Origin: Macrostomum lignano
Taxonomy: Eukaryota
DNA length: 64,000 bases
Assembly: GCA_002269645.1 (NCBI GenBank)
Contig: NIVC01001221.1
Coordinates: forward strand, 62,001 to 126,000
Direction of reading: 5' to 3'
The notes under the pieces were generated by a model, which was not told the origin of the DNA, did no database searches, and was given only the letters and a program-made list of their open reading frames with translations. The position numbers were made by a program, and so were the translations under genes. How positions within the stretch are numbered: the first letter of the stretch is position 1; each line of letters begins with the position of its first letter. Below are positions 39,053 through 51,075 of this stretch, one piece after another.

Positions 39053-40095
39053 TTAACTATAGCGAAAAGCAGCCGAGCGGCCAAATAAACTGATAGTAGT
39101 CGGATTGGCTCTCGTCTCTATAGCTGAATGAGACATACCTGTTTGATTACTGTTAACACTTGAGACGCAGGCGTTAGTCAGTACAATAGCAGCTCCCTGC
39201 GGCTGCGCTTGCACTGTTGCACTGCTGTCTTCCATGTGAAAAAATTCTCGATAAGCACTGATTCCAGATCCAAGCTCGTAGTTATCAAACTCATCAGGTT
39301 TGTCTGCCGGGATGTTCACTTCAGCACTCGTGGCTGGTGTTGCAGTAGCCGTGGCAGGTGTTGCAGTTGCAGCGGCCGTGGCAGGTGTAGCAGTTGCAGC
39401 GGCCGTGGCAGGTGTAGCAGTTGCAGCGGCCGTGGCAGGTGTAGCGGCGCTCGAATGCCCTGCACTTTCAATAAGATCAGAATGTTGGTAATTGACAAAT
39501 ACCAGATCCGTATTTTCCAACTTTTCAACCAACTGACCACATTCCGCCCTGTTTAAATGATGGGGTGACTTGAAATCGAGAGAAAATCTTCCGCGTGCAA
39601 ATCTGGTTTTGTTTCGCTTGTCACTCTCCATTTGCTTCCATGGAATCGGGCCTCTGTTTCCAGCTCTCTTGAAAGCAGTCGTTGCTTTCTCCTGGATTGA
39701 CAGTCTCAGCTTCTTCACATCACGAAAAGCGTTGGAAGGTCCGGTAGCTTCAGCTCGAACTGATGCTTCTGTCGTAGCTTCCATTCGGGCTTGAGAGGCG
39801 ATTTTTTCTTCTCGATAATATTCCTCTCCTTTCTTGATGATATCAGAAAGCTGTTTCACCGCTGCAGTTAATTCCTCTTGAACTCGGGAAGATATTCCAT
39901 CAGATACGTAACATTCGGGCTTATCTGTTGGTATGGATGGAGGAATAACGACGCAGAAAGAGTTTTTAGCTCGTTTCAAGTCGACCAGAATGCTGCTTTT
40001 AAAATCTCTCGGACGATCTTTAGCCCTCTGCCTAAGAGCGTATTTCTCGTCCTGCGTTAGAGCCTGGTATTCAGCCTTGAGAGCAGGTGTCCATT
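39053..40095 (-). CDS. Uninterrupted ~347-codon exon of an unidentified protein, with an HMG-box-helix-like start and a TPATAAA repeat
   Basis: The frame stays open upstream of the tracked ORF to acceptor cttttag|AATGG at 40095 (WTPALKAEYQALTQDEKYALRQRAKDR...). No stops until TAA at 39055-39053. The internal repeat unit is a multiple of 3. Confidence 0.55.
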
Positions 40096-40139
40096 CTAAA
40101 AGTAATTTTGGGATTTAGGGATATACAGACATCGGAGAT

Positions 40140-40565
40140 TAAGATTCAGACGGAGAGTCAGACAGACAGACACTAAGACATAGACAGACAGACAGAGAGA
40201 CACTAAGACATACAGACAGACAGACAGACACTAAGACATATACTGACAGACAGAGAGACACTAAGACATACAGACAGACAGACAGAAAGACACTAAGACA
40301 TAGACAGACAGACAGACACTAAGACATAGACAGACAGAGAGACACTAAGATATACAGACAGACAGAAAGAGAGACTGACAGACAGACAGTGAGACACTAA
40401 GACATACAGACAGACAGTAAGACATAGACTGACAGACACAGACACTAAGACATACAGACAGACAGACAGACAGACACTAAGACATAGACAGACAGACAGA
40501 GAGACACTAAGACATACAGACAGACAGAGAGACACTAAGACATACAGACAGAAATACACTAAGAC
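40140..40565. repeat. (AGAC)n compound microsatellite with ACTAAGACAT interruptions
   Basis: Direct reading; similar tracts at 34060-34130. Confidence 0.9.
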
Positions 40566-40569
40566 GGCT

Positions 40570-41648
40570 AAGAAGGCTTAAAAAGGAATTGCTGAGATAT
40601 GAAGGCTTACTGGGAGAATTACTAAGATATCAAGGCTTGGGGAGGGGAATTACTGAGATGTCAAGGCTTTGGACGGGGAGAAATTGGTAACATGTCAAGG
40701 TTTGCGCCGGAATTGCTTAGATGTCAATGCTTGGGGAAAATTTCTGAGGTGTCGAGGCTTGGGGGAATTGCTGAGATGTTAAGTCTTGGTGGAATTCTAT
40801 GGATTGATGATTCTTTGGATGAGGGATGCTTCTAATGGATAAATTTGGATAGGTGATTCATTAGGCAATTTCTTCGGAGGGGCATTGTTTCGATTGAGGG
40901 TTTTTTGAATGGGGATTTTTTAGATGTATGATTCTTTAGATGGGGGTTATTTGAACGGGGGTTCTTTAGATGAGGGGATTCTGGGATTCTTTGGCCAAAT
41001 ATTCTTTTGATGTGGGATTATTTTAGGATGTGAATTCTTTGGAGGGGGGATTTTTCGGAGGAGCAATTTTTTGGATATGGATGGTTGAGGGGATTATTTA
41101 GATAGGAATGAATGGGGAAATTCTTTGGATAGGGATGAATTGGAGGATTCTTGGGATAGGGATGGATGGGCGATTCTTTAGATAGGGAAGTGTGGGGAAT
41201 TCTTTGGATAGAGAGTTTCTGTGGATGAGGGATTTCTTGAATAAGGGATTCATTGGACGGGGAATTCTTCAGATGGGAGGATTCCTTCAATGGGGAATTC
41301 TTCGGATCGGGGATTCTATCAATGGGATGGGATGGGGATGGGACGGGAAGGATTGGTATTCTTTGCATGTGAGATTCTATGGATGGGCGACTCATTAAAT
41401 AGGGAATTCTACAGATAGAGGATTCCTTGAATGGGGAATTCTTCGGATCGGGGATTCTGTCGATGGGGGGTTCTTTGTATGGGGATTCTTTGGATGAGGG
41501 TTTTTTGCATGTGGGATTATTTGCATCAGGGATTTTATGGATGAGAGATTCTTCGGATGAGGGGTTTAGTTGGGTGAATTTCTTTTGCGTGGGAAAACTT
41601 TGGTAGGAGTTCTGACGGAAAGCCCCAACGGGGGTTGGAATTGGCTAG
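40570..41648 (+). mobile_element. Non-autonomous Helitron A (3' part)
   Basis: Ends with a GC hairpin (CCCCAACGGGG) followed by ..GGCTAG|T. Shares GCTGAGATGTCAAGGCTT repeats with copy C. The 5' boundary is approximate. Confidence 0.6.
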
Positions 41649-44357
41649 TCATATATCCTATATACTAAAAATGAAATGTCTGTAACTAACTAGCTATGCG
41701 ATAGATTTCAGAAAAAATGGCTCAACCGATTTTCTTCAAACTTGCACCATTCGATCAGAAATTTTCCTGGGACGGTACATGCATCCTGGCTAAGAAATTG
41801 CTCAATTTTAAAGGGATTAAATATTCGAAAAACATGCTTTTTTGCAAAGGTCAAGCAGCTCTTTCGACCTGGAATGCATTGTAAGAATGCTAGAGAAAAA
41901 ACTGACTGGCTCAATTCCGATTGTGATAAAGATTGCATCACAACAATTTGAAAACAGTGTCGATGAAATGCACACCCGACTTGATTAAAATTGCGTAACT
42001 ATATTGCTAACTTAAATTGAGACTGATACTGGCTGACTGAGAAATTGATTATGTCATAACTTTCTACTCCAATTGACTTGCTGTAAGAATTGAATTATAA
42101 GGGCCACAATTCATGTTCTCCAAATGAAAAGAGATAGCCCAGATGCGAACAGACTGGGATGCTAATGTAGTGACCTGGGTTCGAATCTTAGTAGTGCAAA
42201 AATATTTTTTTATTAAAACATTAAAAACACAAAACTGCTAAACATAAAAGAACCACAATGTCAAACATAGAAGAGCCACCATGTTGAACATTAAAGAGCC
42301 ACCATGTCGAAAATTAAAGAGCCACCATGTCAAGCATAAAAGAGCCACCATGTTGAACATTAAAGAGCCAACATGTCAAACATTAAAGAGCCACCATGTA
42401 AAGCATATATGTGACTCCATGTCAAACATATACGTGACTCCATGTCAAACAAAAAAGAGCCACGATGTAAAACATATACTTATGACTCTTTGTCGAACAT
42501 AAAGAGCCACCATGTAAAGCATATACGTGACTCCATGTCAAACACATACGTGACTCCATGTCAAACATTAAAGAGCCACCATGTCGAACGTTAAAGAGCC
42601 ACCATGTCGAACATTAAAGAGCCACAATGTAGAACATTAAAGAGCCACAATGTAGAACATTAAAGAGCCACCATGTCGAACGTTAAAGAGCCACCATGTC
42701 GAACATTAAAGAGCCACAATGTAGAACATTAAAGAGCCACCATGTCGAACATTAAAGAGTCACAATATTTAGAACATTAAAGAGCCACAATGTCAAACAT
42801 TAAAGAGCCACCATGTCAAACATTAAAGAGCCACCATGTCAAACATTAAAGAGCCACCATGTCAAACATATATGTGACTCCATGTCAAATATATACGTGA
42901 CTCCATGTCACACATAAAAGAGCCACCATGTAAAACATATACATATGACTCAATAACAAACATTAAACAGCCACCATGTCGAACATTAAAGAGCCATCAT
43001 GTCAAACATTAAAGAGCCACTATGTCAAACATTAAAGAGCCACTATGTCAAACATTAAAGAGCCACTATGTCAAACATTAAAGAGCCACCATGTAAAGCA
43101 TATATGTGACTCCATGCCAAATATATACATGACTCCATGTCTAACACATACGTGACTCCATGTCAAACATTAAAGAGCCACCCTGTCGAACGTTAAAGAG
43201 CCACCATATCGAACATTAAAGAGCCACAATTTAGAACAATAAAGAGCCACCATGTCGAACATTAAAGAGCCACCATGTCTAACATTAAAGAGCCACCATG
43301 TCGAACATTAAAGAGCCATCATGTCAAACAATAAAGAGCCACCATGTTGAACATTAAAGAGCCACCATGTCAAATATTAAAGAGCCACAATGTAGAACAT
43401 TAAAGAACCACCATGTAGAACATTAAAAAGCCACCATGTCAAACATTAAGGAGCAAAAATGTAGAAAATTAAAGAGCCACAATGTAGAACATTAAACAGC
43501 CACAATGTCGAGCATTAAAGAGCCACCATGTCGAACATTAAAAAGCCACCATGTCAAACATTAGAGAGCCACCATGTTGAACATTAAAGAGCCACCATGT
43601 CAAACATTAAAGAGCCACCCTGTCGAACATTAAAGAGCCACCATGTCGAACATTAAAGAGCCACCATGTCGAACATTAAAGTACTGCCATGTCGAACGTT
43701 AAAGAGCCACCATGTCGAACATTAAAGTACTGCCATGTCGAACGTTAAAGAGCCACCATGTCGAACATTAACGAGCCACGATGTCAAACATAAATGAGCT
43801 ACCAAGTTAGACATAGAAGAGCCACCATGTGAAACATATATGTGACTCCATGTCAAACATTAAAGAGCCACCGCTTCTAACATTACTGAGCCACCATGAC
43901 AAACATAAAACTGGCACGATGTCATAACACAGGAGAGACATTTTCAAACGTAATAAGAAGCGTCATGCCAATCATAAAGCAGCCACTAGAAAGCTAAGGA
44001 AATGTTGCACTATATACTTTTTGTCTGGTGGATGCTTGCTATTTAAGGATAGATACTTGCTATCAATTGGATGCTTGCTATCTGGGGGTTCTTTCTATCT
44101 GGGGTGCTTGCTATATGAGGGATGCTTGCTATCTGGGGGTGCTTGCTATCTGGGGGTGCTTGCTATCTGAGGGTACTTGCTATCTGGGGGGGGGAGGGGG
44201 ATGTTTGCTGTCTTGGGATGTTTTATTTTTGCATTGTGCTTCATTTGAGCAGTTTTTCTGTTGTCTTTGTGAAGACTCTATTTGGCTGTCTTTTTGTTAC
44301 TTGTAGAGAACAGAAGTTCTATCCAGATGTCCCCCATCGGGGGGCGAAGATTGCTAG
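41649..44357 (+). mobile_element. Non-autonomous Helitron B with internal 23-bp and 19-bp minisatellites
   Basis: 5' TCATATATCCTATATACTAAAAATG; AACCGATTTT..AAACTTG motif; arrays AACATTAAAGAGCCACCATGTCG (42240-43930) and GATGCTTGCTATCTGGGGG (44030-44215); 3' hairpin CCCCCATCGGGGG then AAGATTGCTAG|T. Confidence 0.82.
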
Positions 44358-46255
44358 TCCTATCCTATATACTAAAAATGAAAATCTTGCTTGCTTGCTT
44401 GTAATCGATTACAGAAAAAATGGCTTAACCGATTTTCATAAGACTTGCACTGTTCGATCAGAAATTTTCCCGTGACTGTACATGCATCGTGGCTAAGAAA
44501 TTGCTCGATGCTAAAGGCATTAAATATTCGAAAAACATGCTTTTTTGCAAAGGTCAAGACAACTTTTCGACTTGAAATGCATTGTAAGAATGCTAGAAAA
44601 AAACTGACTGGTTGAATTCTGATTCTGAAATAGATTGCATCATAACTGAATTGTAACTCCGACTTGAATTGAAAATGCAGTGTGGAAGCGTAGCACCAGA
44701 CTTGATTTAAATTGCGTAACCATATTGTTAACTGATACTGACTGACTGAGAAACTGATTATGTCATAACTGCTTTGTGTGATTTACTCTATGCTTGGATT
44801 TTAAAGTGTTGAATTATATAAGTGCAAAATTTGGTGTTATCAAAACGATGAGAGCTAGCCTAGAGGTAAACAAACTGAACTGCTAAATGCAGTTTGGTTC
44901 GAATTGGTTCGAATTTTCATAAAGTATAATTTTTTTAATTAAAGCTTTTCAACGTCGGGAAAACTAAAAGACTTTTTAAAAAGAAGCGTCATGTAAACAA
45001 TCATAGAAGCGTCATGTAAAAAATCATAGAAATGCCATGTAAAAAATCATAGAAATGCCATGTAAAAAATCATAGAAGCGTCATGTAAAAAATCATAGAA
45101 GCGTCATGTATAAAATCATAGAAGCGTCATGTCAGACATGAAGGGTGTCATGTAAAAAATTAAATGCAGCTATAATGCTGTGCTGGGAAGAAAAACTGAG
45201 ACGTAAAGGCTCTCAGAGAATAACTGAGATTACGGGGGGGGTTTCTGAGATGTCAAAGCAAAAGTCAGAAGCTACTTCAAAGTTCATGTACTTTACTCAA
45301 TTTTTTTATTACATTTGTTGGCTCGCCACCGGGGGCGCTGATAGAAGAAGAGTCATGTAAAAAATAAAAGTAGCACTATGTATACATAAAAGAAAAGTCA
45401 TGTCGAAGTTAAAAGATTCATTTGGGAATTGCTACGATGTCAAAGCTTGGTGGAAATCGTTATAATGCTGTGATTCTTAAAGAAGGAATCACTAAAATGT
45501 CAAGGCTTAGGGGAGAAGAATTGCTGAGATTTCAAGGCTTTAGGTTGGGTTAAAGTTAGGTTTAGGTCAGGTTTGGGTTGAGGGTTATATTTTATCGGGT
45601 TTCAAGGTTAACAGAATAACGGGATTTTTTAGATTTCAAGGTTTATGGGGGCTATCGCTGACATGTCAAGGCTTACGGGGGGAATAGCTGAGATGTCAAG
45701 GCTCACGTGGGTATAAATGAGATTTCAAGGCTAAATTCAGAAGCTACATGTAGTTTATTGAAAACTTTTTATTACATTATTTGATGCCTCCTCAGGGGAG
45801 GGATCGCTGATAAAAAAGCGTAATGTAAAAAATAAAAGAAGCTTCATGTCGAAGTTAAGAGATTCATTTTGGAATCCCTACGATGTCGAGGCTTGCAGGG
45901 AATCGCTATAATGCTGTAGTAGTGCTATAATGACTCTTAGAGAGAATTACTGAAATTTCAATGCTTTATTTCAATGCTTTAGGGTTAGGTTAGGGTAGGG
46001 TTAGGGTAGGGTTAGGCTAGGGTTAGGGTTAGAAAGTTGACAGATATTTTTAGATTTCCAAGGCTTATTGGGGGCATTGCTGAGATGTCAAGGGGGGAAG
46101 TTGATATGTTAAAGCTTGTGGGGGGGGAATTACTTACATGTCAAGGCTTACAAGGTTTGACAGGAGATTTTTTAAGATTTCAAGGATACATGTAGCTTAT
46201 TAAAAAACGTGTATTGCATTTCTTTGGCTCCCCAACGGGGGGCGTAGATTGCTAG
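44358..46255 (+). mobile_element. Non-autonomous Helitron C
   Basis: 5' TCCTATCCTATATACTAAAAATG, colinear with B for about 500 bp, then different repeats. 3' CCCCAACGGGGGGCGTAGATTGCTAG|T. Confidence 0.8.
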
Positions 46256-46314
46256 TAGCTGTCTAAATCTCGAAGTCATAGCCGAATAGAAGGGACGCTG
46301 CTGGGACTAAGATC

Positions 46315-46660
46315 GGCAAGAACGGAAAAACCACTTCACCCGTCGGCTTCGTGACCTTCAAGACCCGGCTGGACGCTGAGATGGCCAAGAAGGACCTGTA
46401 GGGCGTGAAGTTCGACCTGGAGATGCCGCAGACGCTCTGCTTGGAGTTCGCCACCAGCAACGAAGGTGACGCAGCCGAAGCAGCACAGCCCGCAACAGCC
46501 CGCCGCCCACCAGACTCTGCTGCATCAGCTCGCTGGGCCCGAGCTGCCAGCCTTCATCCACACTACGGACGCCTAGCTGGCCGACTCACCCGGCCTTCTC
46601 GTACGCGGACTTGACCACGCCGACGCAGCTGTTCCCGTCCACCGCGCTGCAGCCACTTAC
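46315..46660 (+). pseudogene. cpo: couch potato/RBPMS/MEC-8-type RRM pseudogene fragment
   Basis: [48 protein letters not shown] matches cpo ([48 protein letters not shown]). TAG at 46399, frameshift near 46460 (restoring SNTKV), second TAG at 46574. Confidence 0.85.
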
Positions 46661-47106
46661 CTAGATGTCCATCCGAACCCCCCGCCTTATGTAAGGCGCG
46701 GCCTTCGCGGACCAGAAGGGGCTGTACTGCGAATGAGCGCTGGTGGCCTGCGATTCCTTGTTCAACTTTATAACCTTTGCTATGCCGTTTTTTGGGGAAT
46801 CAGTTTCCCCGCATCCCCATCTAACGTGTGCGAGACTTCCAATAAATATCTGTAGCCGCCGCAGCTGCTACAAGTCAGTCTGCCGCTTTCTTCAAATCCG
46901 CAAACTGAAAAATGCCGAGAAATGTAAAACAAACCGTTTTTTTCATGCGCACCCCAAGCAGCAAAATTCATTGTTTAAATCGGTCGCATTTCGAATTCTT
47001 CCGTTCAGCCAATCTCCGACCGGGAAGGAGGGGAGGCGGCTTAATTTGGCGGGCCAAACTTGACTTAAAAACATTCGACTGTTCTCAATTCTTTCCTATT
47101 TCACCC

Positions 47107-49478
47107 GTGCCCACGTGCAGCGCCTCCGTCTTGCGAGCATTCACCAGCAGCCCAACACGGGCGCCCTCGTCGCACAGCCTTGTGAGAGCGCGCTGGGCCG
47201 CAGCTGGGTCGCGGCAGAGCAGCGCGATGTCGTCAGCATACGCGAGAGCGGGAAGCGAAACATCAGGGTGTCTGGAGCTTCGGCGTGGGACCAGCAAGTA
47301 GCTATCATCTTCGCGGAGGGACCGACGAAGCACGTAGTCCACAACCACGAGGAGGAGCAGAGGAGCCAGCGTGTCACCCTGAAGAACGCCTGAGCTGGTG
47401 CCGAACTCTTCTGTGGGGCCGTCGCTCGACATGACAAAAGCCCTGGAGTCGCGGTAGAGGTCCATCACCGCACTCACCAGCGCAGCAGGCACGTCATATT
47501 GCGATAGAAGCCACGCGATCGCAGGCCTGGACACCGAGTCAAACGCCTTGCGAAAGTCGACGAAGATGATTGACACGGAGCGCTGGCGGGTCTTGTAGGC
47601 CTCGATGACAGAGCGGATGGTGGCAACCTGCTCGGTGGTGGACCTACCCGGGCGGAAGCCGCTTTGGACGCTCAGCAGCAGCGAGTTGAGGTTGGGCAGC
47701 AGGCGGTTGCGCAGAATTGCGTTCAGCAGCTTCGGCGTTGTGCATTCCAGTGCGATGCCCCGCTGGTTGTCCAGGCTGGTGGAGGCGCCTTTCTTCGGGA
47801 TGGAGACAATATTGGAGGTGCGCCATTGCTGAGGAGCTGAGGCGGTCTCGTTGCCTCCAAGGCTGCAGTGTTTGTTCAGCAGACTGGTGATGGTTGGGGT
47901 GAGTTCGGGCAGCTTCAGGACCCTGGGAGGGATGGCGTCCACCCCAGCGGCGGCATCAGCTCGCATGGTCCTCAGTGCTCGGTCAACCTCGCCTGCAGTG
48001 ATGGGGCCGGTGTTGAAGGCGCTCGGCTGGGCTGGAGTGAAGTCCGGGATTGGCAGAAGAGGCACAGTTGGAGCGGGCGCGTTGAGCACCTCGCGGTAGT
48101 GGGCGGCCAGTAGAGCCTTGCGGTGCTTGGTGGAATCAGCGCCGACGATGGTGCTGGGCCTGGGTTTCCTGCCTGTCAGCTGGTTGATGGCCCTCCAGGC
48201 AGCGCTATGGCGGCAGTTGTCAGTGGCGAGTTGGATTTTGCTCACAGCCTCTTCGATGAAGGCTTCGGTCCGTTGGGCGTAGATGCGCTGCAGCTCGTCC
48301 CTGGCAGCACTGGACTGGTCGCTGTCATGGCCGTGGAGTGCAGCAGTGCTCTGCACATGCCGCCTTGCCTGGGAGATGACGCGATCGCGGTCCCACAGTG
48401 TCTTTGGATGGTTTGCCTGTCTCCGTGGGAGAAGCGCTGCAGCATCCTCAACAGCGTGATGGAAAGACTCGAAGGACTCGGCTGGAGCAGGAGTGGCGGC
48501 AAGCAGCTTGCGAAGGAAGGCCTGCCGCGTGTCCGGGTTTCTCAGGTCGGCCCAGAGCGGGTGAGGTGGCGCAGGCCGGAGCTTTTGCCAGTGCAGATCG
48601 AAGTCGCATGCCACCAGGCGGTGATCAGATTGAACGCAGTCGGGGCGGATATTGAGGACTCTGCGCACCCTGGACCTCAGAGCAATTGGGCAGAGAATCC
48701 AGTCCAGCCGAGTGGTTCGCCCGTTGGGACCAGAGAAAGTTGGGAGCTTGCTGAAGCGCTGTCGCATGGTGCCATTGACAGTTATCAGATCTCTGGCCTG
48801 GATAAAACTAGATAGAAAAGGAGAGTTGGCATTGGGGGTGCCACAGCTGTTCTTTACCAAGCGGCCAAAAGCTGGCAGTGGCGAGTTGAAGTCACCAGCG
48901 ACAATGACAGAATCACGAGCAGGGATGGAATCAAGCATGCAGCCCAGAGTGTCGTAAAGGGCTTCTGTCTCAGATGGATCTTCGCTGGTCCGAGGGGCCG
49001 TTGGGGCATAGACGCAGATGATGTGAAGGCGCCTGTCTTTTCCGGTAAACGAGGCGTGTCCCAGGCGTTCGGATGGGAATCTGATGTCCAAAAGCGCTCT
49101 GGTTGCGGCGGGTGACATCAGGAAGCCGATACCTCCAGTTCCCTGTGGAGTGGCTGGGGCAGCCTTGAATTGCCAGCTTAGGCCCAGATCCATAGTCTCG
49201 TCGGGGTTCTGCCGCCGATGTTCTTGAACTGCCAGGATGGAGATGTTGAGGTCGGCCGCCAGCCTGGTCAGCTCCTGCAGTCTCCATGTCTGACTGAGAG
49301 TGCGGGCATTGAAGGTGGCGACCCGAATCTGGTTTTGAAGATGTGGCCGACTTGTCTCCTTGGCTCTGCTTGTGCGTGCATTGCGGGGGGCCGAGTTGGG
49401 TGGGAGCACTGGCCCTCGAGGCTCCGGATTGGCAGGCCGCGAGTCCTGGAAGGTCCGACGGGAATTGGCACGGAGCAC
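47107..49478 (-). CDS. APE endonuclease plus reverse transcriptase (inverted segment), intact frame
   Basis: RVATFNARTL, ILAVQEH, GDFN, LDWIL and SDH (APE); IPKKG, QSGFRPGRS, FVDFRKAFDSV, GVLQGDTLAP and YADD (RT). The frame breaks after KTEALHVG. Confidence 0.92.
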
Positions 49479-49606
49479 TTTGCGCCGCGCATTAAAGGGC
49501 TGCCGGCGGCGCTTAGAGGCCTCCTGACTCCGTCGTCCCCTGTGTGTCGCCAGCTTGGTTGCGCCGCGCTATCAGGACTGATGGCGGCTCCGTTGGCACC
49601 TGGTCT

Positions 49607-50200
49607 TGAATACCGCCCCAGCTCTCACGCTGCCCAATGGAGACCGCATCGCGGTGTGCGAGGACTTCCGGTACCTCGGCGCCCTGGTGATGAGCCCCGA
49701 TGCGATTGTCTCCGACAGGAGGAATCAGGCCTGGCGCGCCGCTCACCTCCTCAGGAACGTTTTTAATTCAGCTGCCAGAGACGACCTGAAGGTGCGCCTG
49801 TTTCGCACGGCCGTCGAGCCGATTCTTCTGTACGGCATGGAGGCTGTGCCGCTGACCGAGACGCGAGAGCGAGCCCTGGACGCGCTTTACCGATCGCTGC
49901 TGCGCTACGCGCTGGGCGTGCACTATCCGGATCGCCTGCCGACCAACGCTCTGATGGCCCGCGCCGGAACTCCGCCCCTGAGTGCCATACTGCGCCGGCG
50001 CCGCCAGGCTGCTGGGCCACTGCCTACGGACCCTGGGTCGCGGCGCGCCCGTCCCTCTGGCCCTGGCCATGCTGCACCGGCCGACCGAACAATTGCGCCG
50101 TGGCCAGGCTCGAACTGCCACCCTAATGAACTGCCTCATTGCGGACTTGCAGGCGCTTGAGCTGACCCCTCAGGCTGCTGCTGCCTGCCCCTCCCGCCTG
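49607..50200 (+). CDS. RT C-terminal/thumb region (forward segment), one frameshift near 50005
   Basis: NTAPALTLPNG..I..CEDFRYLG...KVRLFRTAVEPILLYGMEA...RRRR/LLGHCLR is the direct continuation of the RT domain. Confidence 0.88.
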
Positions 50201-50789
50201 TTCTGCGAACGCGTGCGCGCAAGGGGCCTCCCCTCTGCGTCTTAATATATATATATTTCACCCACCCTGCTGAGGCTCCCCGCAGTTCATCAGTTGCTCA
50301 GTTGCAAAACTCTGGTTAGTTATTTGTCAACCAAGTATTTTTCATTCAATCAATTATGTCAACCGCGAAAGATTTTCCATACGAAATTGAGCTTCAGCTG
50401 CAGCTGCTGTTTCTGGCTTTGCAAAAGGACGGGTAAATATTTTAAACATGCTGACTTGGTTCATATACCTATACTATACACGCGCAACCCCCCATTAAAT
50501 GCGACTTACGTACTTATAAAAGAAACCCGAGCAAAAAACGTAATCTTGGGTAAACGGTAGGAGTAATAACTTAAACTATTATTAAAGTTCAATGCCTCGT
50601 CATCTAGTTAGTACTATTTTATTAGATGGCCATTTTGGGTGGGCATTTGGCTGCCTCCCAGCCCCCCAGTGTAAATGACAAATTGCAAATTTATGTATAA
50701 GTTTGAGTGCAGATTTGGTGCTGGTCTCTCATCACTCCAGTCGGTCCGGTCACCACCCGCCGTGCAGCAGCAGCGAGTCGGATTTTTTA

Positions 50790-51075
50790 TGTCTGATGGG
50801 TTTAGACCTTCGGGCCCCTTGTTAGGGAAGCCTTCGGGCCTCAGGCTCAGAAATAAATCAATTAGAGACCTGGCCCCCCACTCCTGTCAGATGGTCAGCC
50901 CCATGGTAGCTTGATCGTGTGACGAGCAGTCTAGGTCCTATAGCTAAGAGAGGGACAGCGAGAGACGAGCAGGGAGAATTTCGAAGGTAGAAATTAGCTA
51001 ATCCGCAGATCAACTAACTTGCTGCCACCAGCCCGTGCGCCCTGGCTCACCACACCGGGGCTCTCGAAATCGGGC
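50790..51075. repeat. Interspersed repeat, copy 2 (matches 17290-17580)
   Basis: Colinear sequence with scattered substitutions. Confidence 0.8.

Larger units (their letters stand above)
47107..50253. mobile_element. Near full-length RTE-type LINE with inverted 5' segment
   Basis: The EN-RT ORF on the minus strand continues on the plus strand. (TA)n tail at 50243-50253. 10-bp TSD TATTTCACCC at 47097-47106 and 50254-50263. Confidence 0.92.

Noticed and set aside
38736-39093. Cys-rich ORFs just downstream of the orphan exon
   Set aside because: No recognisable domain and no convincing splice link.
46289-46303. EGTLL as an extension of the cpo RRM (YEGSLL)
   Set aside because: It is out of frame with the downstream match and lies in a segment duplicated at 51121-51180, so it may be coincidental.
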